Part shown: positions 48,201-57,949 of the stretch, piece after piece
Layout of the letters: every line of letters starts with the position of its first letter
Numbering within the stretch: the stretch's first letter is position 1
Source of the DNA: Muribaculaceae bacterium
GTDB lineage: Bacteria; Bacteroidota; Bacteroidia; Bacteroidales; Muribaculaceae
Length of the DNA stretch: 64,000 nt
NCBI GenBank assembly: GCA_017557425.1
Contig: JAFYYU010000007.1
Coordinates: 13,450-77,449, forward strand
Reading direction: 5' to 3'
Program-made: the position numbers and the translations under genes
Notes under the pieces: model-generated
Databases searched by the model: none
What the model saw: only the letters and a program-made list of their open reading frames with translations
Told to the model about the DNA's origin: nothing

Positions 48201-48494
48201 CTGAAGTACAACAGCCAAGCCTTCCTCAAGATCGTGAGCGAGATGTTTGCCCAGTGGATACCCAACCTGGCATCCGTCGGCTTCCATGCCGTATGGGCCG
48301 GCTACTACATCGAGCCGCGCTACATCATCGATCCCGAGGTCGGTCTGCTCACCGGTCTGCGTGGCCACGGTTTCATGCTCGGCCAGTACCTGGCTAAGCT
48401 CTACGTGGACAAGTATCTGGGCAAGCCCGTTCCCGAATACATGAAGGACCTCGCCATCGGCGGCAAGGGCCTCAGCGAGAACGCCTTCCAGTAA
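45273..48494 (+). CDS. Fused multi-module FAD/Fe-S oxidoreductase (sarcosine oxidase/proline dehydrogenase-like)
   Basis: 2Fe-2S CGIGKCGAC..C; GGGPAG/GAGNIG; 4Fe-4S CNPCTFACP and CIGCMQCVNHCP; BFD-like CHCED...GPCRGKRC; DAO-like GGGMAG...GHGFM. Confidence 0.88.
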   Translation: MYKIENHPILDLPKEEFVEFQFEGRTVRGQKGKTIAAALHQAGFVVHSHSTSGRNRSLECGIGKCGACEMLVDGQVRRICITSIDGVKEVREIPKDYMPEGKAREASETKIYKTTVAIIGGGPAGLACREQLTALGIPNIVVDNNATEGGQFNMQTHQFFFFEKEQKFGGMRGFDIAKTLAGDSHDGILLNNTVWDLLEGRRIALKNIVTQEVSYIDADHLVVATGAVPFMPVFENDDVPGVYTAAVFQKMMNQEHTLLGKRVLTVGAGNIGYLTSYQAMQAGATIKAIIEGMDHEGGFPVQANRVRRLGIPIMTSHVLIRAIPNEDYTGVKGAVIAECKNFQPIPGTEQVIDDIDIINICTGLIPDNQLLVKGRSVFGRNVYGAGDAVRIGEGTSAVLRGKQVAYEVAQELGLRFNYEDYLEVSRQYIDSQQRPVRLLDQPRIPDEERMALKPYVQINCLYGFACNPCTFACPQGAITKPTTSSVPMVDYDKCIGCMQCVNHCPGLAIFGYDKRKNVVFLPVEYEVEEGKEVFLVDDNGAKVGQGIIEKVLKKDNKTNVARVQATEVDDLNQVKGFILKERYPEPLNLRPLTDPEEGKSFVCHCEDVDVQTLLAVVGDRKYISVDELKHTTRMGMGPCRGKRCVSRAKQILRAHGIEVTGDSTPRAPLANQVTLGDVYNGETKETFVFEHGSVIEKAETEILVAGGGMAGSAAFRYFAEAGKRTILVNYDRGSTWRCIGGGRPAFSNPDISDIAMHNLEIFRDDQQHCNIDLKMTRYVNLVHDDATYRSLDASRAWSEAYMIDRKDFTKVISPYWNPNDNIYSHALISENCWQATPGRTIEYVRNVGKQHGGEVLEDCEVLHVQRVGDKYRVLVRRHDKHYVEYTCDHFVNAMGWGSEKFTDMLGIDTQLFPVKHQAFITRRLPNMGINGDSLDMIIDRRHYKGFNAVYGQQFLHTGQIIGCASPDCDAYEARQNLKYNSQAFLKIVSEMFAQWIPNLASVGFHAVWAGYYIEPRYIIDPEVGLLTGLRGHGFMLGQYLAKLYVDKYLGKPVPEYMKDLAIGGKGLSENAFQ

Positions 48495-48519
48495 TCAAGC
48501 GATTCCACAACCCCAAATT

Positions 48520-48553
48520 AAAGTGTCCCGGCACCTACGTCGGGACACTTTTT
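48520..48553 (+). terminator. Intrinsic terminator
   Basis: AAAGTGTCCCG...CGGGACACTTTTT. Confidence 0.8.
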
Positions 48554-48745
48554 GTTATTGTTTGTTTGTACTCTCGTTTACTGTTGACTGCCCTTGCTTA
48601 CGCGTCAAAAAATCCCCATTTCATCGCCGTTTTTGGTCGTATTCTTGAATTAGAACACCCCTACCTCAAATGATTGCCGCATTTATCTTGTTTTCATATA
48701 CTTTTGCAGAAAATCTCGTAATTATTCATCCAAATTTTTAGATCT

Positions 48746-50632
48746 ATGAAGAAATTATTATTACTATTAATTGCTGTTGTTGCCCTAGGAGAGGCGGCAG
48801 CCGATGAAATTCCCGCTGGTTTTAGGCCTTTGGAGACACCAACCACTGTCCGCCCCGACTATCAGGTTATTGCCGATGGTGTTAAGATCCCTGATGAACT
48901 AAAGTTCTTTAATCCCAAGAATTCCACCCCATCCCGTTCTTCAGAGATTATCTTCTATAATCAGCCAGAGGGCGAGTTAAAGACATACTACCGCTCGGGA
49001 GGCGCTATGTTTTTTCTAAACTTGTTCGTTGACATACAGTTAGTAATAGGCCCTCAGGATGGCAAAGCTTATGTGGTTTATGGCGATGACGGTAAGGTTT
49101 ATCTCAGAAACCCTGTTTATGGCCTTGAAACAGGCGCATGGGTTGAAGGCAGGCTAAGCGAAGACGGCACTCAGATCATAGTCCCCATGGGCCAGACCAT
49201 CTATGAGCAAGATGGCTACACCCTTGACTTGTGTTGGGCTTCCACAGAATATGGAGGACCAGATTACTATAATTATTATCCGATAGACTTCACTGTTGAT
49301 GATAGCATTGACGAAGCTGTTTATACCATCGATGGCGACTGCCTTATTCTTGAGAACACCGCTGGTGATCTGGAGGCTGGTTTCCCTGATAATGCCACTA
49401 TCTATGGACTGAGTGCGGTATGGAGCAATGATATCACTCATTGGAACATGTGTATTGACTTTGGCTCGGTTTATACCGAGCGCCCCTTTGACCCATGGCC
49501 TGTTATTGAAGCGCAGCCAGAGGGCGAACTGGTTGATTACCTCCGCTCTGGCGAATATCTCTTAAATGGTGTATATGGCCCGTCTATGGATGTGCAGTTT
49601 GGTAAGGCATATTGTGTCTTTGGCGACGATGGGAAGGTCTATATTATGGATCCTATTATCTGTGGTGACTATCAACGTTATCGTCCGCATCCGAATGTTT
49701 CGACTGTATGTTGGGTAGAGGGAACATTGAGTGAAGATGGTACTACTGTCACTGTTCCCATGGGGCAGGGCCTCGGATGGGATGAGGAGAATGACGTGGC
49801 CTATGTCTTGGCCAATGTCACCATACTGGTCGATGAGGATGGTCAAATATACTACCACATCAACGAGGATGTTACCGAGATGACCTATACCATCGACGGC
49901 AACAAACTCATCCTGAACGGCACCGACGGTGACATGAATGCCGAATGGCCTATGCAGATAACCGGTCTCGCCGAGTGCAGGATGTACCCGCGGTATGACT
50001 ATGAAAAGGCTTTCACTGGGAATATGGAATGGAACACCGTTTGGCATAAGATTGTCAGGACGCCTGTTGTCCCAGCCAACCCCAGCCTGGATCCTGCAGA
50101 CTTATATGGTCAGGATGCGTGGTATGACTGTGGTAATGAGAGTGGGGGCAGCCAGTTCAATCACTACATCAAATTAGAGGATGTTGACGGTAATCCCATC
50201 GATGAACAATATGTGACTTACAGCATCTTCACTGATGATGATCAGCTATTTACCTTTGAGGCAGACACTTACCTATATGACTTAACCGAAGATGTGACAG
50301 AGATACCCTACAATACTCAAGGAAAGGCCTTAATGCCTCGGTACACTAAATTCTATCGCACCAATGCCGAGGGTTACGACCCTTTCTTCAATTGGCGCAT
50401 CGGCATCCAGGTTTACTATACAGTTGAAGGCGTTCGCAAGGCTTCCAACATTGTTTACTATGAAGTGTTTGATCACGACACCAATGTTAACGAAGTTGCT
50501 GAATGCAAGACCGTTGTAGGGGTGAAGTACTACAACATGGCTGGTCAGGAGATGCGTGAGGCTAACGGCATCTGCATCGCTGTGATTACCTATACCGACG
50601 GCTCCACCAGTACCATCAAGCTAATGAAGTAA
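48746..50632 (+). CDS. Secreted acidic protein with two tandem ~190-aa repeats and a T9SS-like C-terminal domain
   Basis: Repeats QPEGEL..Y.RSG...GDDGKVY...WVEG.LSEDGT...VPMGQ...YTIDG; C-terminus YYNMAGQ...YTDG...KLMK. Confidence 0.8.
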   Translation: MKKLLLLLIAVVALGEAAADEIPAGFRPLETPTTVRPDYQVIADGVKIPDELKFFNPKNSTPSRSSEIIFYNQPEGELKTYYRSGGAMFFLNLFVDIQLVIGPQDGKAYVVYGDDGKVYLRNPVYGLETGAWVEGRLSEDGTQIIVPMGQTIYEQDGYTLDLCWASTEYGGPDYYNYYPIDFTVDDSIDEAVYTIDGDCLILENTAGDLEAGFPDNATIYGLSAVWSNDITHWNMCIDFGSVYTERPFDPWPVIEAQPEGELVDYLRSGEYLLNGVYGPSMDVQFGKAYCVFGDDGKVYIMDPIICGDYQRYRPHPNVSTVCWVEGTLSEDGTTVTVPMGQGLGWDEENDVAYVLANVTILVDEDGQIYYHINEDVTEMTYTIDGNKLILNGTDGDMNAEWPMQITGLAECRMYPRYDYEKAFTGNMEWNTVWHKIVRTPVVPANPSLDPADLYGQDAWYDCGNESGGSQFNHYIKLEDVDGNPIDEQYVTYSIFTDDDQLFTFEADTYLYDLTEDVTEIPYNTQGKALMPRYTKFYRTNAEGYDPFFNWRIGIQVYYTVEGVRKASNIVYYEVFDHDTNVNEVAECKTVVGVKYYNMAGQEMREANGICIAVITYTDGSTSTIKLMK

Positions 50633-50691
50633 ATTATTAATTCGTAATATTATTAACTTGCCCGTAAGGGTTACAAAAAACTTACAGTAAG

Positions 50692-51558
50692 ATGAAAAAA
50701 ATGATTTTTGCGTTCGTGGCAACGCTGTGTTTCTCGATTCCTGCGTTGGCAGACGAGGGAACCGGTTTTATTCGCGGCGATGTCGATTTGGATGGCAATG
50801 TCAACATTGCTGATGTGACTGCCCTGATCGACTATTTGCTCAGTGGGCAATGGCCACCTGAGGCTCCCGAGCCTGAGGTGATTACAGTCAACGGTGTTTC
50901 ATTCACCATGATTCCCGTCGAGGGAGGCACGTTCATGATGGGTGGAACCGAGGAGCAGGAAAGCGATCGGGAAGATGAATATCCCGTTCACGAAGTGACA
51001 TTGTCGAGTTTCAGCATCGGCCAGACCGAGGTAACCTGTGAACTCTGGAAAGCAGTCATGGGGGACAGGACTGACTATCCTAACGACATGCAGCGCCCTA
51101 TGGAGGCGGTTACTTGGACTGAATGTCAGGAATTCATTACCGCGTTGAACGAGATGACGGGCAAACAGTTCCGCTTGCCCACCGAGGCCGAGTGGGAGTT
51201 TGCCGCCCGCGGAGGCAACCTGAGCGAGGGCTACAAGTATGCCGGCAGCAACAATTATAACGATGTGGCTTGGTGTGCTGGTAATGCCTACTGGGCGCAA
51301 CCAGTTGCTACGAAAGCCCCCAATGAGTTAGGACTATACGACATGAGTGGTAACGTGAGTGAATGGTGCAACGATTTCTATGGTCCATACTCGAGCGAGG
51401 CACAAACCGACCCGACGGGCCCAGTAAGCGGTCAGGAATATGTATATCGTGGTGGTCCTTATAATTATCCGGCTAGCGCTAGTCGTGTGGCCCAACGATT
51501 TCATTTAGAAGGCCAGTGGTCTCATATGGGTGGCTTGGGCCTGCGCCTTGCCCTCTAA
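50692..51558 (+). CDS. Secreted dockerin-like + FGE-sulfatase (C-type lectin fold) protein
   Basis: GDVDLDGNVNIADVTALIDYLL; RLPTEAEWEFAARGG; PNELGLYDMSGNVSEW; GLRLAL. Confidence 0.88.
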   Translation: MKKMIFAFVATLCFSIPALADEGTGFIRGDVDLDGNVNIADVTALIDYLLSGQWPPEAPEPEVITVNGVSFTMIPVEGGTFMMGGTEEQESDREDEYPVHEVTLSSFSIGQTEVTCELWKAVMGDRTDYPNDMQRPMEAVTWTECQEFITALNEMTGKQFRLPTEAEWEFAARGGNLSEGYKYAGSNNYNDVAWCAGNAYWAQPVATKAPNELGLYDMSGNVSEWCNDFYGPYSSEAQTDPTGPVSGQEYVYRGGPYNYPASASRVAQRFHLEGQWSHMGGLGLRLAL

Positions 51559-51595
51559 TTGCTTGGTGATTCAGGAGAGTTAAATAAAGAGTGAT

Positions 51596-51630
51596 GGGTC
51601 GCCACGGCTGTTTAACGGCTGTGGCGACTC
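51596..51630 (+). terminator. Hairpin after the FGE gene
   Basis: GGGTCGCCACGGCTG-TTTAA-CGGCTGTGGCGACTC. Confidence 0.6.
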
Positions 51631-51711
51631 TAAGTATGTGCATATTGAGCGAATATTTGGGGATGTTTCGGGATTTGTGTACCTTTGTTGCAAAAGAACA
51701 GTAACATCAAC

Positions 51712-53385
51712 ATGAGCTATAAGCGAAACATCATCATAGTGTTGACCGCATTGTGTGCCTTGATAGGAGCGGCACACGCCACCGACAACAGAACGTTTCA
51801 TAGGTTCTACAGTCTCACCCCTAAGGAATTTGTCGATAAACTCAATGATTATCATCTGCGTAATATGGCCGACAGTGCCATGTTATGTGCCAACATTCAG
51901 GCCAGTAAATATGGCAAGGAAAAACTCACAACAGAAGAAATCAAAATATGTTGTATTGCCTTCCGACATATGGGTCTGGAGTATTTATGGAGATACTATA
52001 ATTACCAGATTGCAGCTGAATATAATTTGAAGGCTGAACAAATAGCCGAGCAATATGGCTTTGAACAATTACGTTGTCAATTAGCTTGTGATAAAGCATT
52101 GTTGACAGCAACGCAAAACAGCCTGGAAAACAACTTTGTTATTAATAGTATTGTGATGGATAACTTCAAAAGCGCCTTCCACCGCACACTTGAACAACTC
52201 ATGTCAGAAAATACGGAATTCAACAGGTTAATCATGGAATTAAATGTGTCAAATCTGCTGTATCTTGCTGTCAAGTTTGACCAAACCAATGAAGTGACCA
52301 GTGAAGTTCAACTCTACCGTGAGGCGCAACAACGCTATGGCGTCAGTTGTAATGTGGCCGACGTGCTGTGCGATGCGATTGAATATTGCAATGCTGGCCA
52401 CTATGATAAGGCGTTTGAATCCTTGCAGGTACCTATTTCCCGTTCCTCTTTTATCAACAATAAGGAATTCAATCAGATTCAAGCCACGATCAAAATAGCC
52501 CAGTATGCCGTCTTATTCAAGAGCGGAAAGACGACCGAGGCATTGAAAGTGTTGTTGGAACAGGAACAGTTTCTGCGTGATAATGAGATGCCTTTTGAAT
52601 TGCTGGAGGTGCTGCAACTCATCAAGCGACACTATGAAGTGGAGGGTAATGTGGCGTTTGCTGACAAATACAGCCTGCTCTACTACAAGACCAAGGACGA
52701 ATTCATTAACAAGAGCCGACTAGGCAAGATGGATCAGGCAAAGCTCAACATTGAACTGGAGGAGACGCGTGAGCGCATCCGTGAGATGAGTTACCGTCAG
52801 CAGATGCAGACCCTAATGTTGTGGGGCGCCATCATCATCGCCTTAATGGCACTCACCATCCTGGGGGTACTGTATGCCAACTACCGCAAGACCAAGCGCA
52901 CCAACCGCCTGCTATACGAGAAGAATGTTGCCCTGCTCAATGACAACAAACAACTGCGGCCTGTCGCCGAAATCCCTGAAAAAACCACCAAAGAAGAACT
53001 CTCGACAGCCGATTTGGAACTGCTGGACAAGATTACTGCGGTGATGGAATCGTCGCTCGAAGTGTTCAACGAAGCGTTCTCGCTCAACCGCCTTGCCGAA
53101 CTGGTCAGCAGCAACACGAAGTATGTGTCCCGTGCCATCAACATCGGCAAGCAGTGCAACTTCAGCGTGCTGTTGAACGAATACCGCATCAAGGAAGCCT
53201 GCCGACGCCTGATGGATACCGAAAACTACGGCAATTACACGATTGAGGGCATCGCCAACAGCGTCGGCTATAAGTCACGCAGCAATTTCTCGACAATTTT
53301 CAAGGAAAGTGTAGGACTCACCCCCTCGGCGTTCCAGAGGATGAGTCGTGACGGGAAAAACGTTCTTGACCTTGACGAGGGTTAA
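51712..53385 (+). CDS. Membrane-spanning AraC-family regulator with TPR-like sensor
   Basis: Signal peptide, helical region, TM LMLWGAIIIALMALTILGVL, C-terminal AraC (LNEYRIKEAC, VGYKSRSNFSTIFK..GLTPS). Confidence 0.88.
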   Translation: MSYKRNIIIVLTALCALIGAAHATDNRTFHRFYSLTPKEFVDKLNDYHLRNMADSAMLCANIQASKYGKEKLTTEEIKICCIAFRHMGLEYLWRYYNYQIAAEYNLKAEQIAEQYGFEQLRCQLACDKALLTATQNSLENNFVINSIVMDNFKSAFHRTLEQLMSENTEFNRLIMELNVSNLLYLAVKFDQTNEVTSEVQLYREAQQRYGVSCNVADVLCDAIEYCNAGHYDKAFESLQVPISRSSFINNKEFNQIQATIKIAQYAVLFKSGKTTEALKVLLEQEQFLRDNEMPFELLEVLQLIKRHYEVEGNVAFADKYSLLYYKTKDEFINKSRLGKMDQAKLNIELEETRERIREMSYRQQMQTLMLWGAIIIALMALTILGVLYANYRKTKRTNRLLYEKNVALLNDNKQLRPVAEIPEKTTKEELSTADLELLDKITAVMESSLEVFNEAFSLNRLAELVSSNTKYVSRAINIGKQCNFSVLLNEYRIKEACRRLMDTENYGNYTIEGIANSVGYKSRSNFSTIFKESVGLTPSAFQRMSRDGKNVLDLDEG

Positions 53386-53419
53386 TACCCTGCTACAGAC
53401 GCCTATACCGCTTAGTTTG

Positions 53420-55393
53420 TCAACGCGGTGAAGCTGCTTCGTCTTTACAGGTGAGGCGGTTTTCGTTCATGCGGGACATGTATTGCTGGATGAGGGCTTT
53501 GATGAACTGTTCTATCGGCGCCTGTTCGGACAGTTGCCCTACTAGGTTGTTTTTCAGCAGTTTGTCGGTCTTGAAACGATAGACGGCAGTGGTGCGGGAG
53601 CCGTCGAACTGGAGCAGCAGGTCGCCCAAGACGAGCTGGTAAATTCCGGCATTGTAATTGAAGGCCCACGTCCCCTTCGGGTCAGCAGCGAGCACATCGG
53701 CACCGAAGGCCAGATAGGGCTTGCCATAGCCCAGCAGGTGCAGCAAGGTGGGCGTGATGTCGGTCTGCTGCACGATGACGTCGTCGCGCAGGGCGGGCGC
53801 CAGCGAGCCATCAGGTGCAAAGAAGATGATGGGGATGCTGTAGAGGCCCAGGTCGGTCTTATAGACGTCGTGGCTGGCCTGGTTGGTATGGTCGGCGACG
53901 AGGACAAAGATGGTGTTGTTGTACCACGGCTCACGACTGGCGCGTTCAAAGAAGCGGCGCAGCGACAGGTCGGTGTAGCGTACACACTTGTGGATAGGCT
54001 GGCCTCCCTCATCAACGAGGGAGTCACGGTACCGGTCGGGCACGTTATAAGGATGGTGGGACGACGCGGTGAATACGGTGGCCAGGAAGGGCTGCTTCAT
54101 GCCCTCCAGATTGTCGAGGGTAAACTGCAGGAACGGCTCGTCCCAGATGGCCCATTTTCCGTCAAAATCGCCCATTCCATCGTATTTTTTCGACATGCAG
54201 TACTCGTCAAGGCCGTAATAATTCTCATAGCCGATGCTGTGGGCATAGGCGCTGAAACCCATCGAGATGTTGTGCCCCCCATGGAAGAAAGCGGTGCTAT
54301 AACCCTCACGGTCAAGGATCGACGAGATGCCGTCCACGTCGTTGAGCGAGGCGGGGGTGAGGAAAAACGACTCGACCATCATGGGCAGACCCGACAGAAT
54401 CGAGGGCATGGCATCCATGCTGATGCGTCCGTTTGCAAAGCTGTACTTGAACGTCAACGACTTGGCCACCAGGCTGTCGATAAACGGCATATAGCCCTTG
54501 TAGCTGCCTCCGTCCAGGTCGGGGTTGAGCGACCCGATGTATTCCTTGCCCATGCTCTCGACGATGAGGATGACGACGTTCTTGCCGGGATGGCTCAATT
54601 CATCGACCACGGGATGAAGGTGGAGGGGGCTGTAGGTGGCCTCCATCTGTTCATCGGTCATATAATCGGGCGTGACAAAGGCTTTCTTGCCGAGGCTGCG
54701 TATCATCGAGAACGGCGTGTTCAACACAACCGACGCCTCAACAGGGCGGTTGACATACTCGTTGGCATTGCTGATGGTGATGGGGCGGGTGCCTGCCGTG
54801 ACACTGCCGCGGATGCCCACGATGGCCAGCGGTACCAGCACCAGCAGGGCAACAGCCTGGGAGACATAATACTGAAAACCAAAGCGATAGACCTCCAATC
54901 TGGGCTTAGTATAGCAGCGCCACAAGATAAAGACCAGCGCGGCAAACACCAGTACCAGATACCAGTGGTTCACAAATTCGGTCAGGAGGATGGACGCGAT
55001 GTTGCCCTCATTGGCAAACTCGGTGAACACGGTCACCGTTGAGCGGCGGCCTGTATATTGGAAATAGACGGCATCCATCAGGTTACTGGCTATAGCGATG
55101 GCATTGGTCACGACAAAGAGCCACTTGAGGCCCTTGTGGAAGCCCGGCCGCTCCTTGAGATGGAACGGCAACAGCATGAGAGCCAAATAGATACTGTTGA
55201 CATACAGCAGCGCCGATGTGTCGAACACCAGCGCACCGTGCAGCATGCTCTTGAACAACGGCCATGACATATAGGGCGCAAAAGTGGACCAATTCTCGAC
55301 AAAAAACGCCACCCGCGACAGCATCCACACCAGATAGGCCACCAGCATGTTCAGCAAAGCGGCACCTATATTGCTATGAATCAATTTTTTCAT
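53420..55393 (-). CDS. LTA synthase-family sulfatase-like membrane protein
   Basis: Five N-terminal TMs, NVVILIVES, SSHHPY, VADH. Confidence 0.88.
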   Translation of the reverse strand: MKKLIHSNIGAALLNMLVAYLVWMLSRVAFFVENWSTFAPYMSWPLFKSMLHGALVFDTSALLYVNSIYLALMLLPFHLKERPGFHKGLKWLFVVTNAIAIASNLMDAVYFQYTGRRSTVTVFTEFANEGNIASILLTEFVNHWYLVLVFAALVFILWRCYTKPRLEVYRFGFQYYVSQAVALLVLVPLAIVGIRGSVTAGTRPITISNANEYVNRPVEASVVLNTPFSMIRSLGKKAFVTPDYMTDEQMEATYSPLHLHPVVDELSHPGKNVVILIVESMGKEYIGSLNPDLDGGSYKGYMPFIDSLVAKSLTFKYSFANGRISMDAMPSILSGLPMMVESFFLTPASLNDVDGISSILDREGYSTAFFHGGHNISMGFSAYAHSIGYENYYGLDEYCMSKKYDGMGDFDGKWAIWDEPFLQFTLDNLEGMKQPFLATVFTASSHHPYNVPDRYRDSLVDEGGQPIHKCVRYTDLSLRRFFERASREPWYNNTIFVLVADHTNQASHDVYKTDLGLYSIPIIFFAPDGSLAPALRDDVIVQQTDITPTLLHLLGYGKPYLAFGADVLAADPKGTWAFNYNAGIYQLVLGDLLLQFDGSRTTAVYRFKTDKLLKNNLVGQLSEQAPIEQFIKALIQQYMSRMNENRLTCKDEAASPR

Positions 55394-55455
55394 TGTTGGC
55401 TCTTGATTGGTTTTCCTTAAGGGCTTTAGGGGCTTTAAGGGCCTTAAAGAGGGGG

Positions 55456-56976
55456 CTATCTTTCGTCGATCATGGCGAGCATCTGGTCGATGATGTCGCG
55501 GTTATTGCTCAAGCGGGGAACCTTACGCTGACCGCCCAGTTTACCGGTAGAGGCCAGCCAGCGGTCGAACAGGCCGGCAGGAGCCACGGTCAGTGTGGGC
55601 GGAGCCAGGAAAATGTCACCAGTGCGCTTGGCGTCATAGTCGCTGTTCACCTCGCGCAGATGCTGGTCAAGCAACTGCATGAAACGGTCCTTGTCATCGG
55701 GCTGGCGGACAAACTCGATAAGCCACTGGTGATGGCCTTTGCTTCCCTCCTGGGAATAGACGGGCGCGGCAGTATAGTTGAGCACCTCGGCACCGGTCTC
55801 CCTTTCGGCAAGCGCGATAGCGTTGTCGGCATTGTGCACCATCAGCTCCTCGCCAAAGGCGTTGATGAAGCTGCGTGTGCGGCCTGCAATGGTGATTTTC
55901 GCGGGATTAAGCTGCTCGATCGTGACCGTGTCCCCCAAGCGGTAGCGCCACAGGCCATTAGCGGCGGTAATGATGAGTTCATAGGTGCGGCCCGCCTCAA
56001 TCTCCCAGATGGGATAGACCTCGGGCGTCTCGCTGTCCATGTCCTCGATGGGCAGGAACTCGTAGAATACTCCTACATCGAGCAGCAACAGCATGGCCTC
56101 GCTGTCCCAGTCGCTTTGTACGGCAAAGAAGCCCTCGCTGGCATTATAGGTGTCCAGGAAGTGCATCTTGGTCATGTCGCAAATCTCCTCATACTGATGC
56201 CTGTAAGGCTCGAAGGCGATGCCACCGTGGAAGAACACCTCCAAATTGGGCCACACCTCGTGAACGCACGATTTGCCCGTTTTATCGAGAATTTCCCTCA
56301 ACACAGTAAGGAACCATGAGGGCACACCGCTCAAGTTGGTCACGTTTTGGCCTATTGCGGCATCGACCAGCATGGGCAGTTTCTCGTTCCAGTCTTCCAT
56401 GAGCGCCACCTGCTTGCCGGGAATGCGCACCAGATTGGCCAACGGATTCATGTTCTCGATGAGGTTGGCGCTGAGGTCCCCTACCCTAACCCCTGGCTTC
56501 AGCTTCAGATTGTTGGCGAAACTGCCGCCCAAAATGAATGCCTTGCCAGAGAAGAGACGGCTGCCTGGGTTCAAGTTCAGATAGTGGGACACGACATCGC
56601 TGGCACCCACATAGTGGTTCCACCGGAAAGATTCGCGCGTGACAGGGATGTACTTGCTGCGGCCGTCACTCGTACCCGAGGACTGGGCGAAATTCATGCA
56701 ACGCCCCGGCCATAACTCGTCCTTAATACCGTTTACCATGCGCATAATTTGCGGCCTCAAGTCCTCGTAGGAGTACAACGGCAAGGTCGAGGCGAACTGC
56801 CGATAGGTCCTGATGGACGAGAAGTCGTATTTGCGGCCTATACGGGTCAGGGCCGCTTTCTCGATCAGACGCACCAACTCGCCCTGCTGCACGGCGTCGG
56901 CATGGTTGACGTACCGCACATGCTCTTGCAGGCGATCCAAAAAATGGCTGCGGACAAGTGGCGTGAAGTTGATCAT
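55456..56976 (-). CDS. GH3 acyl-acid amido synthetase family protein
   Basis: QSSGTS..SKYIP, GVPSW, TYNASEGFF, GLWRYRLGD, GGQRKVPRL. Confidence 0.9.
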   Translation of the reverse strand: MINFTPLVRSHFLDRLQEHVRYVNHADAVQQGELVRLIEKAALTRIGRKYDFSSIRTYRQFASTLPLYSYEDLRPQIMRMVNGIKDELWPGRCMNFAQSSGTSDGRSKYIPVTRESFRWNHYVGASDVVSHYLNLNPGSRLFSGKAFILGGSFANNLKLKPGVRVGDLSANLIENMNPLANLVRIPGKQVALMEDWNEKLPMLVDAAIGQNVTNLSGVPSWFLTVLREILDKTGKSCVHEVWPNLEVFFHGGIAFEPYRHQYEEICDMTKMHFLDTYNASEGFFAVQSDWDSEAMLLLLDVGVFYEFLPIEDMDSETPEVYPIWEIEAGRTYELIITAANGLWRYRLGDTVTIEQLNPAKITIAGRTRSFINAFGEELMVHNADNAIALAERETGAEVLNYTAAPVYSQEGSKGHHQWLIEFVRQPDDKDRFMQLLDQHLREVNSDYDAKRTGDIFLAPPTLTVAPAGLFDRWLASTGKLGGQRKVPRLSNNRDIIDQMLAMIDER

Positions 56977-57248
56977 AGGCTACAAAAGTAGTAATAAACC
57001 CCGAAACACGGCTGCAACAAACAAGGAAAAAATCAAGAAAACCGCCTCTGTCGTCGATGAAAACAGGCGCTTTGCCGTTTGAATTGACGATAACAGCGGT
57101 TTGGCTGTTTACCAGGCACGAAAAATGCAGATTAAAGGGTAATCAGTCGACTGGCCATGAATAAATGTTGTAGTGATTTGCAGTTACTCATCAGTGAGAC
57201 TGAACTTGAGGCAACAAGCATTTATAAACAGTTTAATACAAAAGCACT

Positions 57249-57866
57249 ATGAAACGGTTTATCTTAACAATGGTGGCAATGCTGACCCTCGGGGCAGCCG
57301 CCAACGCGATGAGCTACAAGCAGGCCCGCGAACAGGCGCTCTTCCTGAGCGACAAGATGGCCTTTGAGCTCGGACTGAGTGACGACCAGTTTAATGCCGT
57401 GTATGAAATCAACATGGACTACATCATGTGCCTTGATACTTTTGATGACGTATTCGGTACCTTCTGGACCCGTCGCAATAACGAACTGAGGTTTGTGCTC
57501 TCACCCGCACAATACCAACTCTACATCCAACTGGAATACTTCTATCGCCCCGTTTCGTGGGAGAACAAGAAGTTTGTGTTCACCATCTACCACCGCTATT
57601 CCAAGGACCGCTTCTATCGCGCAGCTCCTCCGGGATACCAGGTTTACAAGGGCTCTAACCGCTACTTTGTCCACAGTGCCTATAAGGGACGCAATTATGG
57701 TGAAGTAACGACTAAGTCGCAGCCCAAGCCCGGCAACGTTGGCATGCAGCACAGCAACAAGAGCGTTTCTAAGAGCCAGACCGGTAGCAAGAGCCAGACC
57801 GGCGGCACGATGAACAAGAAGCAGGCCGTCAACCAGGGCAAGCAGCAGATGAACAAGCGCCGTTAA
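57249..57866 (+). CDS. Secreted hypothetical protein with basic low-complexity tail
   Basis: Signal peptide; ALFLSDKMAFELGL...YEINMDY motif. Confidence 0.8.
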   Translation: MKRFILTMVAMLTLGAAANAMSYKQAREQALFLSDKMAFELGLSDDQFNAVYEINMDYIMCLDTFDDVFGTFWTRRNNELRFVLSPAQYQLYIQLEYFYRPVSWENKKFVFTIYHRYSKDRFYRAAPPGYQVYKGSNRYFVHSAYKGRNYGEVTTKSQPKPGNVGMQHSNKSVSKSQTGSKSQTGGTMNKKQAVNQGKQQMNKRR

Positions 57867-57890
57867 CAGGCTATAGCGGCAGATATAAAG

Positions 57891-57926
57891 CAGGAGAGAA
57901 TTCCCGTATGAGGGGGTTCTCTCCTG
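57891..57926. terminator. Hairpin between convergent genes
   Basis: CAGGAGAGAATTCC...GGGGTTCTCTCCTG. Confidence 0.65.
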
Positions 57927-57949
57927 TAGTCTTGTCCGGGACAGGCCAG

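Noticed and set aside
51440-51630. DGR variable region in the FGE/C-lectin protein with downstream hairpin
   Set aside because: No template repeat or reverse transcriptase in the window, and the hairpin is explicable as a terminator. A remote DGR cannot be excluded.
53738-56319. 434-aa and 351-aa plus-strand ORFs
   Set aside because: Antisense to the well-supported LTA-synthase-like and GH3 genes.
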